Shown here: piece after piece, positions 36,144 to 45,282 of the stretch
How positions within the stretch are numbered: the stretch's first letter is position 1
How the letters are laid out: every line of letters begins with the position of its first letter
NCBI GenBank assembly: GCA_016235775.1
Contig: JACRIU010000102.1
Location: forward strand, 32,721-96,720
DNA length: 64,000 bases
Origin: Hydrogenophilales bacterium
GTDB taxonomy: Bacteria; Pseudomonadota; Gammaproteobacteria; Burkholderiales; Thiobacteraceae
Reading direction: 5' to 3'
The notes under the pieces: generated by a model
Database searches by the model: none
The model's input: only the letters and a program-made list of their open reading frames with translations
What the model was told of the DNA's origin: nothing
Position numbers and translations under genes: made by a program

Positions 36144-36959
36144 ATGGATGATCAACAGCGCAAAGCCCAACTCAAAAAAACCTTCGACACCGTGGCCGAA
36201 GGCTATGGCAGCGCGGGCATGGAATTTTTTCACCACGCCGCCGCGCACCTGCCCCGCATCTTCAAGCTGCAAGGCCACGAGCACCTGCTGGATGTCGCCG
36301 CCGGCACCGGCATCGCCGCCACCGCCATCGCGCCGCACCTGCCGTGCGGCAAAGTCACCGGCATCGACCTCTCCGAAGGCATGCTCGCGCAAGCGCGCGC
36401 CAGAGCCCAAAGCCAAGCACTCGACAACATCGAGCTGCATCCCATGGACATGCAAAACATCGGCTTTGACAATGCCCATTTCGACGCGGCTAATTGCTCG
36501 TTCGGCCTGTTCTTTTTGCCCGACATGCAAGGCCTGCTGCAACACATCGCGAGCAAGGTAAAAGCGGGCGGGCAAGTGGTCGCCTGCTCGTTTTACCAAG
36601 GAGCGTTCGAGCCCAACGTCGATCTTTTCCTCGATCGCATCCGGCGCTACGGCGTCGAGCCCCCCGCATTTACCTGGAAGAGCATCAGTACCGAAGAAAA
36701 ATTTCACGCTCTCTACACCAGCGCCGGCTTAAGCGATGTGCAAATGCACCGGCACGACATCGGCTACCCCCTCAACGATGCCGAAGCCTGGTGGCGCGTG
36801 ATCTGGTATGCCGGCTTTCGCGGCCTGGTCGCGCAACTGAGCGAAACCCAGCTCGCCCAGTTCAAACAGGAACACCTGGCCGAGATCGCCGCGCTGAAAA
36901 CCGCGCGCGGCATCCCGCTCAAGGTCACGGCCTTGTTTGCGAGCGGACGCGCAGCCTAA
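36144..36959 (+). CDS. Class I SAM-dependent methyltransferase
   Basis: Motif I LLDVAAGTGIAATAI and post-I acidic GIDLSEGML. 271 aa. Confidence 0.8.
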   Translation: MDDQQRKAQLKKTFDTVAEGYGSAGMEFFHHAAAHLPRIFKLQGHEHLLDVAAGTGIAATAIAPHLPCGKVTGIDLSEGMLAQARARAQSQALDNIELHPMDMQNIGFDNAHFDAANCSFGLFFLPDMQGLLQHIASKVKAGGQVVACSFYQGAFEPNVDLFLDRIRRYGVEPPAFTWKSISTEEKFHALYTSAGLSDVQMHRHDIGYPLNDAEAWWRVIWYAGFRGLVAQLSETQLAQFKQEHLAEIAALKTARGIPLKVTALFASGRAA

Positions 36960-36964
36960 TATCC

Positions 36965-37606
36965 ATGGATACCTGGCTCAATATGCTCGCGCTGGTTGCG
37001 GCCTGGCTTTGCTACTTTGCCGTGCATTCGGTGCTGGCGTCGCTCCCGGTCAAGAGGCGGGTTGCCGCGCGGTGGCCCGGTTTCATGCCGGCTTATCGGC
37101 TAGTGTTTAATGCGTTGGCGCTTCTCCTGCTGCTGCCTATTTTCTGGATGATGGGCGCCAGCCCCCGGCCGCTTGTGTGGCAATGGCAAGGCATGGAAAA
37201 AGTCGCTGCAAACACGCTGAGTGTGCTGGCGCTGCTGGGATTTATCTGGTCGCTCCGGTATTACGATTTGCAGGAGTTCTTGGGCTTAAGGCAATGGCGC
37301 GGGCAGATCACGGCGCCGGAGGATCAGGAGCATCTGCAAATTTCACCTCTGCACCGGTTTGTGCGTCATCCCTGGTATTTTTTTGCGATGGTGCTGTTGT
37401 GGGCGCGCGATATGAATTTGGCGCAGTTTATTACGAGCGTGATGGCAAGTATTTATTTCACCGTGGGTGCGCGGCTGGAGGAACGCAAATTACTGGTCTA
37501 TTACGGTGAGCGCTATCGCAACTATATGCGGCGCGTGCCGGGGTTGTTTCCCCTGCCGTGGAAATTTATTAATGCGGCTGAAGCCAGAAGGATTTGTGGG
37601 GGGTGA
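36965..37606 (+). CDS. Integral-membrane methyltransferase family protein (ICMT/PEMT/NnrU-like)
   Basis: Multi-TM, with the C-terminal RHPWYFF...EERKLLVYYGERYRNY pattern typical of isoprenylcysteine/phospholipid methyltransferase-like proteins. The ORF-track N-terminal extension overlaps the previous gene. Confidence 0.7.
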   Translation: MDTWLNMLALVAAWLCYFAVHSVLASLPVKRRVAARWPGFMPAYRLVFNALALLLLLPIFWMMGASPRPLVWQWQGMEKVAANTLSVLALLGFIWSLRYYDLQEFLGLRQWRGQITAPEDQEHLQISPLHRFVRHPWYFFAMVLLWARDMNLAQFITSVMASIYFTVGARLEERKLLVYYGERYRNYMRRVPGLFPLPWKFINAAEARRICGG

Positions 37607-37721
37607 TGGGGGTGTGGGGTGGAGAAGGTCGCGCTGTGGATTTTGTTCGGCTGGGGTTGAGCTGGCGCTACGGCGATGAACTGCGCTGCTATGCTGAATT
37701 ATCCGGTTGGAGATACGAGCG

Positions 37722-38600
37722 ATGAACGATAGCCTGTCAGCAAACTTGCTCCGGCACGTGCAGATGCTTGCCGGGGAGATCGGCGAGCGGAATGTGTATC
37801 GTCCCGCCGCGCTCGATGCGGCCGCGCGCTATATCGAGGCCGAATTCGCCGGTATCGGCTACAGCGTCAAGCGCCAGACCTATGTCGCACAGGGCGTGGA
37901 AAGCGCCAACCTTGAGATTGTTTTGCCCGGGCAGCGCTGGCCGGATGAAAGCATTGTCGTGGGGGCGCATTACGACACGGTGGAGGGCAGCCCGGGGGCG
38001 GATGACAACGCGAGCGCGGTGGCCGCGCTGATCGAGATCGCGCGGCTGTTGCACGGCCATGCGCCTGGACGCACGCTCAAGCTGGTGGCTTTCGTGAATG
38101 AAGAGCCGCCGTTCTTTTTTTTCGGCGAGATGGGCAGCCGGGTGTATGCGCGTGCGGCGCGTAGCCGCCAGGAAAACATCCGGCTGATGATTTCGCTGGA
38201 GATGCTGGGTTACTACCGTGACGAAGCGGGCAGTCAAGCTTATCCGCCGCTGTTTCGGTATTTCCATCCTGACTGCGGTAATTTCATCGCCTTCGTATCC
38301 AACTTTCGCTCGCGGCGGGTGATGCGCCGGGCGGCGCGGGCGTTTCGTGATCATTCGGATTTTCCATTGGAAAGCACGGCGGCTTTCGGCTGGATTCCGG
38401 GCGTGGCGTGGAGCGACCATCTTTCCTTCTGGCGTGAAGGCTATCGCGCCTTCATGTGCACCGACACCGCGTTCTTCCGCAACCCGTACTACCACAGCGC
38501 GCAAGACACGCCGGAAAAGCTGGATTACCCGCGGCTGGCAGTGTTGACCGATGCCTTGGCCAAGATGTGCGGAACGCTCGCCGGCTGCGAGGATATCTAG
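37722..38600 (+). CDS. M28-family metallopeptidase
   Basis: VVGAHYDTVEGSPGADDNASAVAALIEIARLL and NEEPPFF are M28 zinc-ligand contexts. Confidence 0.85.
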   Translation: MNDSLSANLLRHVQMLAGEIGERNVYRPAALDAAARYIEAEFAGIGYSVKRQTYVAQGVESANLEIVLPGQRWPDESIVVGAHYDTVEGSPGADDNASAVAALIEIARLLHGHAPGRTLKLVAFVNEEPPFFFFGEMGSRVYARAARSRQENIRLMISLEMLGYYRDEAGSQAYPPLFRYFHPDCGNFIAFVSNFRSRRVMRRAARAFRDHSDFPLESTAAFGWIPGVAWSDHLSFWREGYRAFMCTDTAFFRNPYYHSAQDTPEKLDYPRLAVLTDALAKMCGTLAGCEDI

Positions 38601-38649
38601 TGCAGGGTATATGTGAAATGGGTTCGTGCGGGCACGGCGCGCATGGCTA

Positions 38650-39099
38650 TCAAGGAAGAATGTAGGCGTAGCCTTGTTTTTGTTTCTGCATCAATTCAAG
38701 AATGCCGCCAGGCACATATTTGAGATTGGGCAGCATATCCGCCTCGGTCAGCTTTAGGCTCTTCATGGTGTTTTCGCAGACGACTACCTTGATGCCGTTT
38801 TTTATCGCTTCATCGATACGTTGCCCAGCTTCCGAATCAATCGTCAGCAAGTTAACGCCGGGCCCCCAAGCCACGATTTCAATTACGGCGTTTTTTCTAC
38901 CATACGTGGTTTGCACGTTTTTGGCGGCGTTGAGCGCCAGGTACAATTTCTTTGGATCGGCATCGCTGATTTGGAACGCGACTCTTTCTTTTGCGGATGC
39001 TTTGGCTTTGGTATTGGCCGCATAAACTGCCGGCGATAAAGCGGTCAGCAAGATCGATGCCGCACAGGCCAGGGCATACATTCGACATTGCTTGAACAT
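38650..39099 (-). CDS. Secreted DsrE/DsrF-like family protein
   Basis: Signal peptide (ALACAASILLTALSPAVYA). DsrE-fold-like pattern (VAFQISD...IEIVAWGPGV...VVVCENTM). Confidence 0.6.
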   Translation of the reverse strand: MFKQCRMYALACAASILLTALSPAVYAANTKAKASAKERVAFQISDADPKKLYLALNAAKNVQTTYGRKNAVIEIVAWGPGVNLLTIDSEAGQRIDEAIKNGIKVVVCENTMKSLKLTEADMLPNLKYVPGGILELMQKQKQGYAYILP

Positions 39100-39124
39100 G
39101 GATGACTCCTTTAACGGCCGGGTT

Positions 39125-40288
39125 TTACTGTGCCGCCCAATGCGGCGTAGCAATGCCCTCGCCCAGATCGGCCTCCACTAAGCGCCGCCGCACCTCTAAC
39201 AGTTTTTCAATCAACGCCGGCTCAGCGCGCGCGTAGGCGTCGGCATCCGGCGTGCGCTTGACCACCACGCCGAGCACCTCGGTGATGGCGTTGCCGATGG
39301 AGTTTTGGCTGATGGTGACGATGAGCTTGCCTTTGTCGTTGCGGTAGATCAGTTGCTTGAAGGCGGGCTGCCAGCGGATGGCGTTGGCGTACTTGGCGTC
39401 CTTGATGCAGCGGTCGCGCACCATCTTCGCCGTCTTTAAAAAATCATTGTTGAATTGCAGCTTGCTTTCCACCAATTCGGGGAAGTAGATGTCGCGCGGC
39501 AGCGGGGCGTTGCGGGTCGAGACTTGGGTGAAAAAGGTGCGGTAGAAATCGATGAAGCCCTTGAGGATGGTGTCGTATTCTTTCCAGAAGCCGATCTCTT
39601 TCAAAGATTCGACGCCGCCGTGCACCTCCCAGCTGGGCAGACCCTGCGGGTAGCCGGTGAGAGCGATTTTGCAACTGCCGGCTTGGCACGGCCGCAGGAT
39701 TTGCAGATCGAGATCGTCGAAGAAATCGCGATACACGTCGCGCATGTAAGACTGAAACAGCGAGTGCTGGCCGCCGTCGGTGAGGTTGGGGTTGTTGGTG
39801 TCGGCGAGCGGCGCATCGCGCAGCTCCGCTTTGTTGAAAACGATGAAATGATTATGCAGCATGCGAATGCTCGGCACCCCCGGCGAGGTGAGCGGCCAAG
39901 TCGCATCCAGGCTCGCTTCGCCGGTCAGCACCAGGGTTTCGTCCGGATCGGGGTAGCGTTCCAGCATATAGTCGAAGATGACCTGGTTCATCCGGTTCCA
40001 CACGTTTTTCACCTGCTCCGGCACTTGAGTGCGGCGCACCGGGCGGCCGAGCGGGTCGAGAATGCTCTGCGAAGTGTTGTAGATGATCGAGGCGTCGAAT
40101 TCGTTGCTATGGCCGAGCGCCTTGCGATACAGCAGCAGTCCTTCCGGGTTTTGCAGCAGGCCGTTATTGTGCGACAGGTCGTTGAGATTCTCGGTGCTGT
40201 TGAAAAATTCGTTCGGCTTCATCCCCTCCGGTACATCGAGTGGTATTTGGCGAAACGGGGTGACGATCTCTCTTGGTCCGGACTGCAT
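39125..40288 (-). CDS. Hypothetical protein, 387 aa, family not recognised
   Basis: Long ORF with coding-like composition. Only a weak HxHxx (MLHNHFIVF) HIT/GalT-reminiscent string. Confidence 0.6.
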   Translation of the reverse strand: MQSGPREIVTPFRQIPLDVPEGMKPNEFFNSTENLNDLSHNNGLLQNPEGLLLYRKALGHSNEFDASIIYNTSQSILDPLGRPVRRTQVPEQVKNVWNRMNQVIFDYMLERYPDPDETLVLTGEASLDATWPLTSPGVPSIRMLHNHFIVFNKAELRDAPLADTNNPNLTDGGQHSLFQSYMRDVYRDFFDDLDLQILRPCQAGSCKIALTGYPQGLPSWEVHGGVESLKEIGFWKEYDTILKGFIDFYRTFFTQVSTRNAPLPRDIYFPELVESKLQFNNDFLKTAKMVRDRCIKDAKYANAIRWQPAFKQLIYRNDKGKLIVTISQNSIGNAITEVLGVVVKRTPDADAYARAEPALIEKLLEVRRRLVEADLGEGIATPHWAAQ

Positions 40289-40342
40289 GTGCGTTGTACC
40301 TCGAAATGTTTTTTATGGCGCGATCAATTGTTATAGAGGCAA

Positions 40343-41131
40343 ATGATCAAAGAGACTGCTGATTGGGGTATGGTATATGAAGCGGTGGGAGAGGTGAACT
40401 GCGATGATTCCCCTCTCCCACTTGTGGGAGAGGGGTTGGGGAGAGGGCAGATAAAACCAATTTCAGGACTTGAATTGCCAGCCGATAAAACAATCAAAGA
40501 TACAGTCGTGTTAGTCCATGGCCTCTGGATGCGAGGCTGGGTGATAGCGTGGCTGGGGGGGCGGCTGCGACGCTGCGGTTTTAATACCGTTGCTTTTTCT
40601 TACCCCTCCGTGCGCGGCACGCTGTCGCAAAACGCGCTGCGCTTATCGCGCTTTGTCGCGGGGCTGGATGCGCCGCGCATTCATTTTATGGGGCATAGCC
40701 TGGGCGGTCTGGTGCTGCTGCAAATGCTGGCCACGCACCCTGATCCGCGCACCGGCCGCGTGGTGCTGGCTGGGTGCCCGTACCGCGCCAGCTATGCGGC
40801 AAGCAAGCTCGCGCGCAGAGGGTTGGGGAGATTGCTGATCGGGCGTAGCGTGTTGCAGTATTTGGGTCAACCGGCGCCAGAGTGCGCCGAGCGCTACGAG
40901 GTGGGCGTGATCGCCGGTTGCAAACCTCTGGGTGCCGGCAGGTTCATAGGTGGGGTGCCGCAGCCGAATGATGGTGTGGTGGTAGTTGAAGAGACGGCTT
41001 TGCCAGGTGCAAGCGATCAGATCGTGCTCAATGTGTGCCACACATGCATGCTGCTATCCGCTCAGGTCGCGCGTCAGGCCTGTGCATTTTTGCGCCAGGG
41101 ACATTTTTTACACGATATGGAATCAAAGTGA
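40343..41131 (+). CDS. Alpha/beta-fold hydrolase
   Basis: VVLVHGLW (oxyanion HG) and nucleophile elbow GHSLGG. The start is uncertain because the first ~35 codons are repeat-encoded; TTG 40471 is an alternative. Confidence 0.75.
   Translation: MIKETADWGMVYEAVGEVNCDDSPLPLVGEGLGRGQIKPISGLELPADKTIKDTVVLVHGLWMRGWVIAWLGGRLRRCGFNTVAFSYPSVRGTLSQNALRLSRFVAGLDAPRIHFMGHSLGGLVLLQMLATHPDPRTGRVVLAGCPYRASYAASKLARRGLGRLLIGRSVLQYLGQPAPECAERYEVGVIAGCKPLGAGRFIGGVPQPNDGVVVVEETALPGASDQIVLNVCHTCMLLSAQVARQACAFLRQGHFLHDMESK
40384..40448. repeat. Solo GGGAGAGGGG hairpin repeat (DUF559-associated family)
   Basis: GGTGGGAGAGGTGAAC...CCCCTCTCCCACTTGTGGGAGAGGGGTTGGGGAGAGGGC. Lies inside the 5' end of the 40343 ORF. 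Confidence 0.8.
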
Positions 41132-42204
41132 CGTTACGCATCTTGCGCACATTCAAGCTTGCCCTGGTGCTGGGCCTTGCCGCCTGGCTCGGCGGCTGCG
41201 CCAATTTTTCCTATTACGCCCAAGCGGTGGGCGGGCAACTGGACATCTTGCGCCGAGCCCAGCCGATCAGCGAGATCACGGCCGACCCGAACGCCGATCA
41301 AAAGTTAAAACGCACGCTAGCCAAAATCGTGCAGCTACGCGAATTCGCCAGCCGCGAGTTGCAGTTGCCGGATAACCCAAGTTATCTGAGCTACGCCGAT
41401 CTGGAGCGCCCCTATGTGGTGTGGAATGTGTTCGCCACGCCGGAGCTGTCGATCGAGCCTAAGCAGTCGTGCTTCGTGGGCGCGGGCTGCGTGACTTATC
41501 GCGGATTTTTCTCACAGGCAGAGGCGGAAGGCTACGCGCAGGCATTGAAGGAGGAGGGTTTCGATGTCTACGTGGGAGGGGTGCCCGCTTATTCCACGCT
41601 GGGCTGGTTCAACGATCCAGTGTTGAATACTTTCGTGCGTTATCCCGAAACCGAACTCGCGCGGCTGATCTTTCACGAGCTCGCGCATCAGGTGGTGTAT
41701 GTGAGCGATGACACGACCTTCAATGAATCTTTTGCCACCGCAGTCGAGTTGGAAGGGGTAGGGCGTTGGCTGGCAAGTCACGGTACCGCCGAACAGCGCA
41801 CCGCATTTGATGCAGCGCAGATACGGCGCGCAGTTTTCACCGAGGCCGTGCGCACCAAGCGTAAACAGCTGGAGGTGCTGTTTGCCTCAAGTATGAGCGA
41901 TGCGGAAAAGCGCGCAGGCAAAGCACGCATTTTTACCGAACTGCGCGCCGAACTTTCCCAGCTAAAGACAACGTCAACGGGAAAGAGCGCCCTGGACCAA
42001 TGGCTAGCGCAGCAACTCAACAATGCGCACCTGGCGTCGTTCTCCACTTACACCCAACTGGTGCCCGCATTTCGGGCGCTGCTCACGCAGCAGCAGGGGG
42101 ATATGGGACGGTTTTATGCGGTGGTTAAGGAAATGAGTTCGCTGTCGGCGGCTGAGCGGGCGGCGGTGTTGCAAACGTCGGTTAGAAGCGTGGCGCAACG
42201 ATGA
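41128..42204 (+). CDS. Predicted zinc aminopeptidase lipoprotein (DUF2265-like)
   Basis: The GTG at 41128 overlaps the upstream stop. Lipobox LGGC and HExxH (FHELAHQ). Confidence 0.75.
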   Translation: MTLRILRTFKLALVLGLAAWLGGCANFSYYAQAVGGQLDILRRAQPISEITADPNADQKLKRTLAKIVQLREFASRELQLPDNPSYLSYADLERPYVVWNVFATPELSIEPKQSCFVGAGCVTYRGFFSQAEAEGYAQALKEEGFDVYVGGVPAYSTLGWFNDPVLNTFVRYPETELARLIFHELAHQVVYVSDDTTFNESFATAVELEGVGRWLASHGTAEQRTAFDAAQIRRAVFTEAVRTKRKQLEVLFASSMSDAEKRAGKARIFTELRAELSQLKTTSTGKSALDQWLAQQLNNAHLASFSTYTQLVPAFRALLTQQQGDMGRFYAVVKEMSSLSAAERAAVLQTSVRSVAQR

Positions 42205-42472
42205 AGTGGTGAGCTAGCAGATATGGCTGGTTAGACTGAAAGCGTAAGTTCAAGCACTGTTGTGCGACCGTCTCTTACTCGGCCAAAGCGGACATGTCGG
42301 GTTATTCTTGCAGGTGTATGCTTTTCGGCGGATGCACAAGCTTGATGCATAAGGGTTCTATCAACGTCCGACGATTCATTAAACTCTCTAGGCTGGGGCG
42401 TTTTTGTTAAATGAATTCAATTCAAAAGCGTATAATTCTGGGTTATTTACTATCCCCCAGAATGAGAAGCAA

Positions 42473-45280
42473 ATGAGGCCAACCAAACCGCAGACTCAAG
42501 CCCATCTCTCCGCTTTTGCTGCCGCCGACGACAGTCCCGTAGCCGCGGTCTACGAGGAACTCCCATTACACACGGGAGATTCAGCAGTTGCGATTGCCCA
42601 TTTGAAAGGCTTGGACTGGGGGTTCACCGACGACGATACACGTTTCCTGGGGCACGACCTTCACCCCTATCCAGCCAAGTTCATCCCTCAATTACCGGGT
42701 ACTTTCATCTCGTTGCTTAGTTCGCGGGGGGATCTTGTTCTGGACCCGTTCGGGGGTAGCGGCACAACTGCTCTCGAAGCCATACGTCTTGGTAGACGGG
42801 CAGTGAGCATTGACGCCAATCCTGTTGCAGCCCTTATTGGCCGTGTGAAGACAGCTCGTGTGTCTGCTGACGCCACTGCGGAACTTCACCTCCTGCACGG
42901 TGCACTACGGGCATTGCTTGAGTCTTTGCCAAATGATGCATCCGAGTTAGTCACGGCCTACGGCGCTCATGCTCCCAAAATCGCGAACCGTGAGAAGTGG
43001 TTTGCTGATTCGGCCTTTGGTGAGCTTGCCCACATTCGTTACCGAGTTTCCCAACTGGAGAGCGAGACCGCACGGGACATTGCGATGCTTGCCCTTTCTC
43101 GAACCGTGTTGTCAGCATCGTTCCAAGACTCGGAGACTCGATATAAGAGCGTCCCGCGAGAAGTATTGGTTGGCGAGACGACAAAGCGCTACGTCAAGGA
43201 GTTCGAATCGGTAATGAAATCTGTTGCCCGCAATGCGGCAGCGACTCGCTACGGTGTTTCTCGATTCCTGACTGGGGACGTACGGTACCTGTCTCAGCAA
43301 GTCATTTCAGACGGCTCCGTGGACCTGGTCGTTACGTCGCCACCCTACGGCAACGCTACCGATTACCACTTGTACCACCGCTTCAGACTACTGTGGCTTG
43401 GCCACGACCCCATCGCTCTCGGCAAGGTAGAGATTGGGTCGCACCTTAAACACCAACGCGAGTCCAGCGGGTTCGACAGTTACTTGTCGGACATGCGTCA
43501 GGCGCTTGATCGCATTGGCCGCGTGCTGAAAAATGGGCGCTACGCTGCACTTGTCATAGGAGACTCGGTTTACGGGGGTGAGACGTATTCGACGGCCGAA
43601 CTCTTGTCCGAAAGGGCAGCTGAACACGGGTTCGATACTAGTTGCATCTTCGAGCGACCAGTGCACAAAACGAAGCGTTCCTTTGCTCCGGCTGGAAGGA
43701 GAGCAGCGACGGAAAGCCTCCTAGTTATGCGCAGGGCAGCTCGTAAAACCATCGTTACCCTAGAAGCCCCCCCGTACAAGTTGTGGCCTTACGAACAAGA
43801 ACTCCGCAAGCGCGAAACAGATGGAAACACCAAACGTAAGCCGGCTTCAAGTTATGGCGGTTCTATGCAAAAGAGCGTCGACGTCAAGGGTCTGCTGCGC
43901 TGTCGTTCACTGGTGTTCACTCACCAAATCCGGCACGCAGGTGGTCATACGGAGGCTACGTGGCAAGCCATTTTGGAAAACGGCATGGCGGTAAACCCGA
44001 GTGCGCGCAAGGATCCAAAGTACGTGACTCACGGCATCCATGCTTATAAGGGAAAGTTCTATCCGCAATTGGCAAAGGGGCTTATCAACCAGCTGTCACT
44101 ACCCCACGGTGCTCGTATACTGGACCCGTTTTGTGGCAGTGGTACGTCCCTACTTGAGGGGCATCTAAACGGTTATGCAACGTACGGTTGCGACCTGCAC
44201 CCTTTGGCAGCCCAAATAGCACGAGCCAAGACATCAATTCTCGAAGTCGACCCGGACGTGTTGACCGAAGTGGTATCGACAGTGGTGGAAACCATCGATA
44301 CCGCACCTGAGCGCCTCACAACGGTACTGGATCAGTTCAAACCTGCCTGCATAGACGAAATCAACCGCTGGTTTGCCGTGCCCGTTTCCATCAAGCTGAA
44401 CTGGTTACTCAAAGTAATTAGAACTGGAAGCAGCGGGGCAATACGAGACTTCCTTGAAGTAGTGCTCAGCAGTATCATCCGTGACGTGTCGCAACAGGAA
44501 CCTACTGACCTTCGTATTCGGTATCGGAAAGAGTTTCTGGATGATGCCGACGTGTTTGGTCTGTTCAAGGAGCAACTTGCACTGCAATTCGGACGCATCG
44601 AAAAGTTCTGGAAGGTTCGAGGTTATGCCCCCAACCCTTTCTTCCGCTCGCAGGTGGTTTCCGGTGACAATCGACTGAGTACCACATATGACGCACTTGG
44701 CCTTGCCGATGAGTCGGTAGACCTTGTATTGACAAGCCCACCCTATGCGATGGCCTTGCCATATATTGACACGGACCGCCTGTCCCTACTGACTTTGTTC
44801 GGATTGGGGGGAAGTGATCGCCGACCGATTGAGCAAGTCCTCATCGGCAGCCGGGAACTCACAGCAACAAATAAGCGGCAACTCGAAACCAGCTTTCTCC
44901 AAGGGGACAGCCTGCCTGCCGAATGCTTGAAATTCGTACGAGACCTGCATAAAGTTATCGAAGCCTCGTCCGACTCAGGGTTCCGCAAGCAGAACATGCC
45001 GGCGCTCACACACCGATTCCTGAAGGATATGGATGCTGTCTTCGCACAGCTCTACAGGCTATGCAAGCCTGGAGCCGAGGTAATGTTAGTCATCGGAGAC
45101 AGCAAGATGACTATCGACGGTGAGGACGTGCGAATTCCTTCAACAGACTTAACTGAGCGCGTGGCAGTGGCTCAAGGTTTCACGCCAGTAGAACGCATTG
45201 ACATTTCAGTGACCACCGAGAACTTGGTGCACATCAAGAACGCCATCACTGAAAACGTTGTGCTGCGGTTTCGCAAGTGA
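42473..45280 (+). CDS. Tandem two-module exocyclic-amino DNA methyltransferase (N4-C or N6-A)
   Basis: Two copies of the same module. Module 1: HPYPAKFIPQL..DPFGGSGTT ... SPPY (43337-43348) ... VIGDS. Module 2: HAYKGKFYPQL..DPFCGSGTS ... SPPY (44735-44746) ... VIGDS. The ORF opens at TTG 42404; the first ATG is at 42473. Confidence 0.88.
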   Translation: MRPTKPQTQAHLSAFAAADDSPVAAVYEELPLHTGDSAVAIAHLKGLDWGFTDDDTRFLGHDLHPYPAKFIPQLPGTFISLLSSRGDLVLDPFGGSGTTALEAIRLGRRAVSIDANPVAALIGRVKTARVSADATAELHLLHGALRALLESLPNDASELVTAYGAHAPKIANREKWFADSAFGELAHIRYRVSQLESETARDIAMLALSRTVLSASFQDSETRYKSVPREVLVGETTKRYVKEFESVMKSVARNAAATRYGVSRFLTGDVRYLSQQVISDGSVDLVVTSPPYGNATDYHLYHRFRLLWLGHDPIALGKVEIGSHLKHQRESSGFDSYLSDMRQALDRIGRVLKNGRYAALVIGDSVYGGETYSTAELLSERAAEHGFDTSCIFERPVHKTKRSFAPAGRRAATESLLVMRRAARKTIVTLEAPPYKLWPYEQELRKRETDGNTKRKPASSYGGSMQKSVDVKGLLRCRSLVFTHQIRHAGGHTEATWQAILENGMAVNPSARKDPKYVTHGIHAYKGKFYPQLAKGLINQLSLPHGARILDPFCGSGTSLLEGHLNGYATYGCDLHPLAAQIARAKTSILEVDPDVLTEVVSTVVETIDTAPERLTTVLDQFKPACIDEINRWFAVPVSIKLNWLLKVIRTGSSGAIRDFLEVVLSSIIRDVSQQEPTDLRIRYRKEFLDDADVFGLFKEQLALQFGRIEKFWKVRGYAPNPFFRSQVVSGDNRLSTTYDALGLADESVDLVLTSPPYAMALPYIDTDRLSLLTLFGLGGSDRRPIEQVLIGSRELTATNKRQLETSFLQGDSLPAECLKFVRDLHKVIEASSDSGFRKQNMPALTHRFLKDMDAVFAQLYRLCKPGAEVMLVIGDSKMTIDGEDVRIPSTDLTERVAVAQGFTPVERIDISVTTENLVHIKNAITENVVLRFRK

Positions 45281-45282
45281 GG

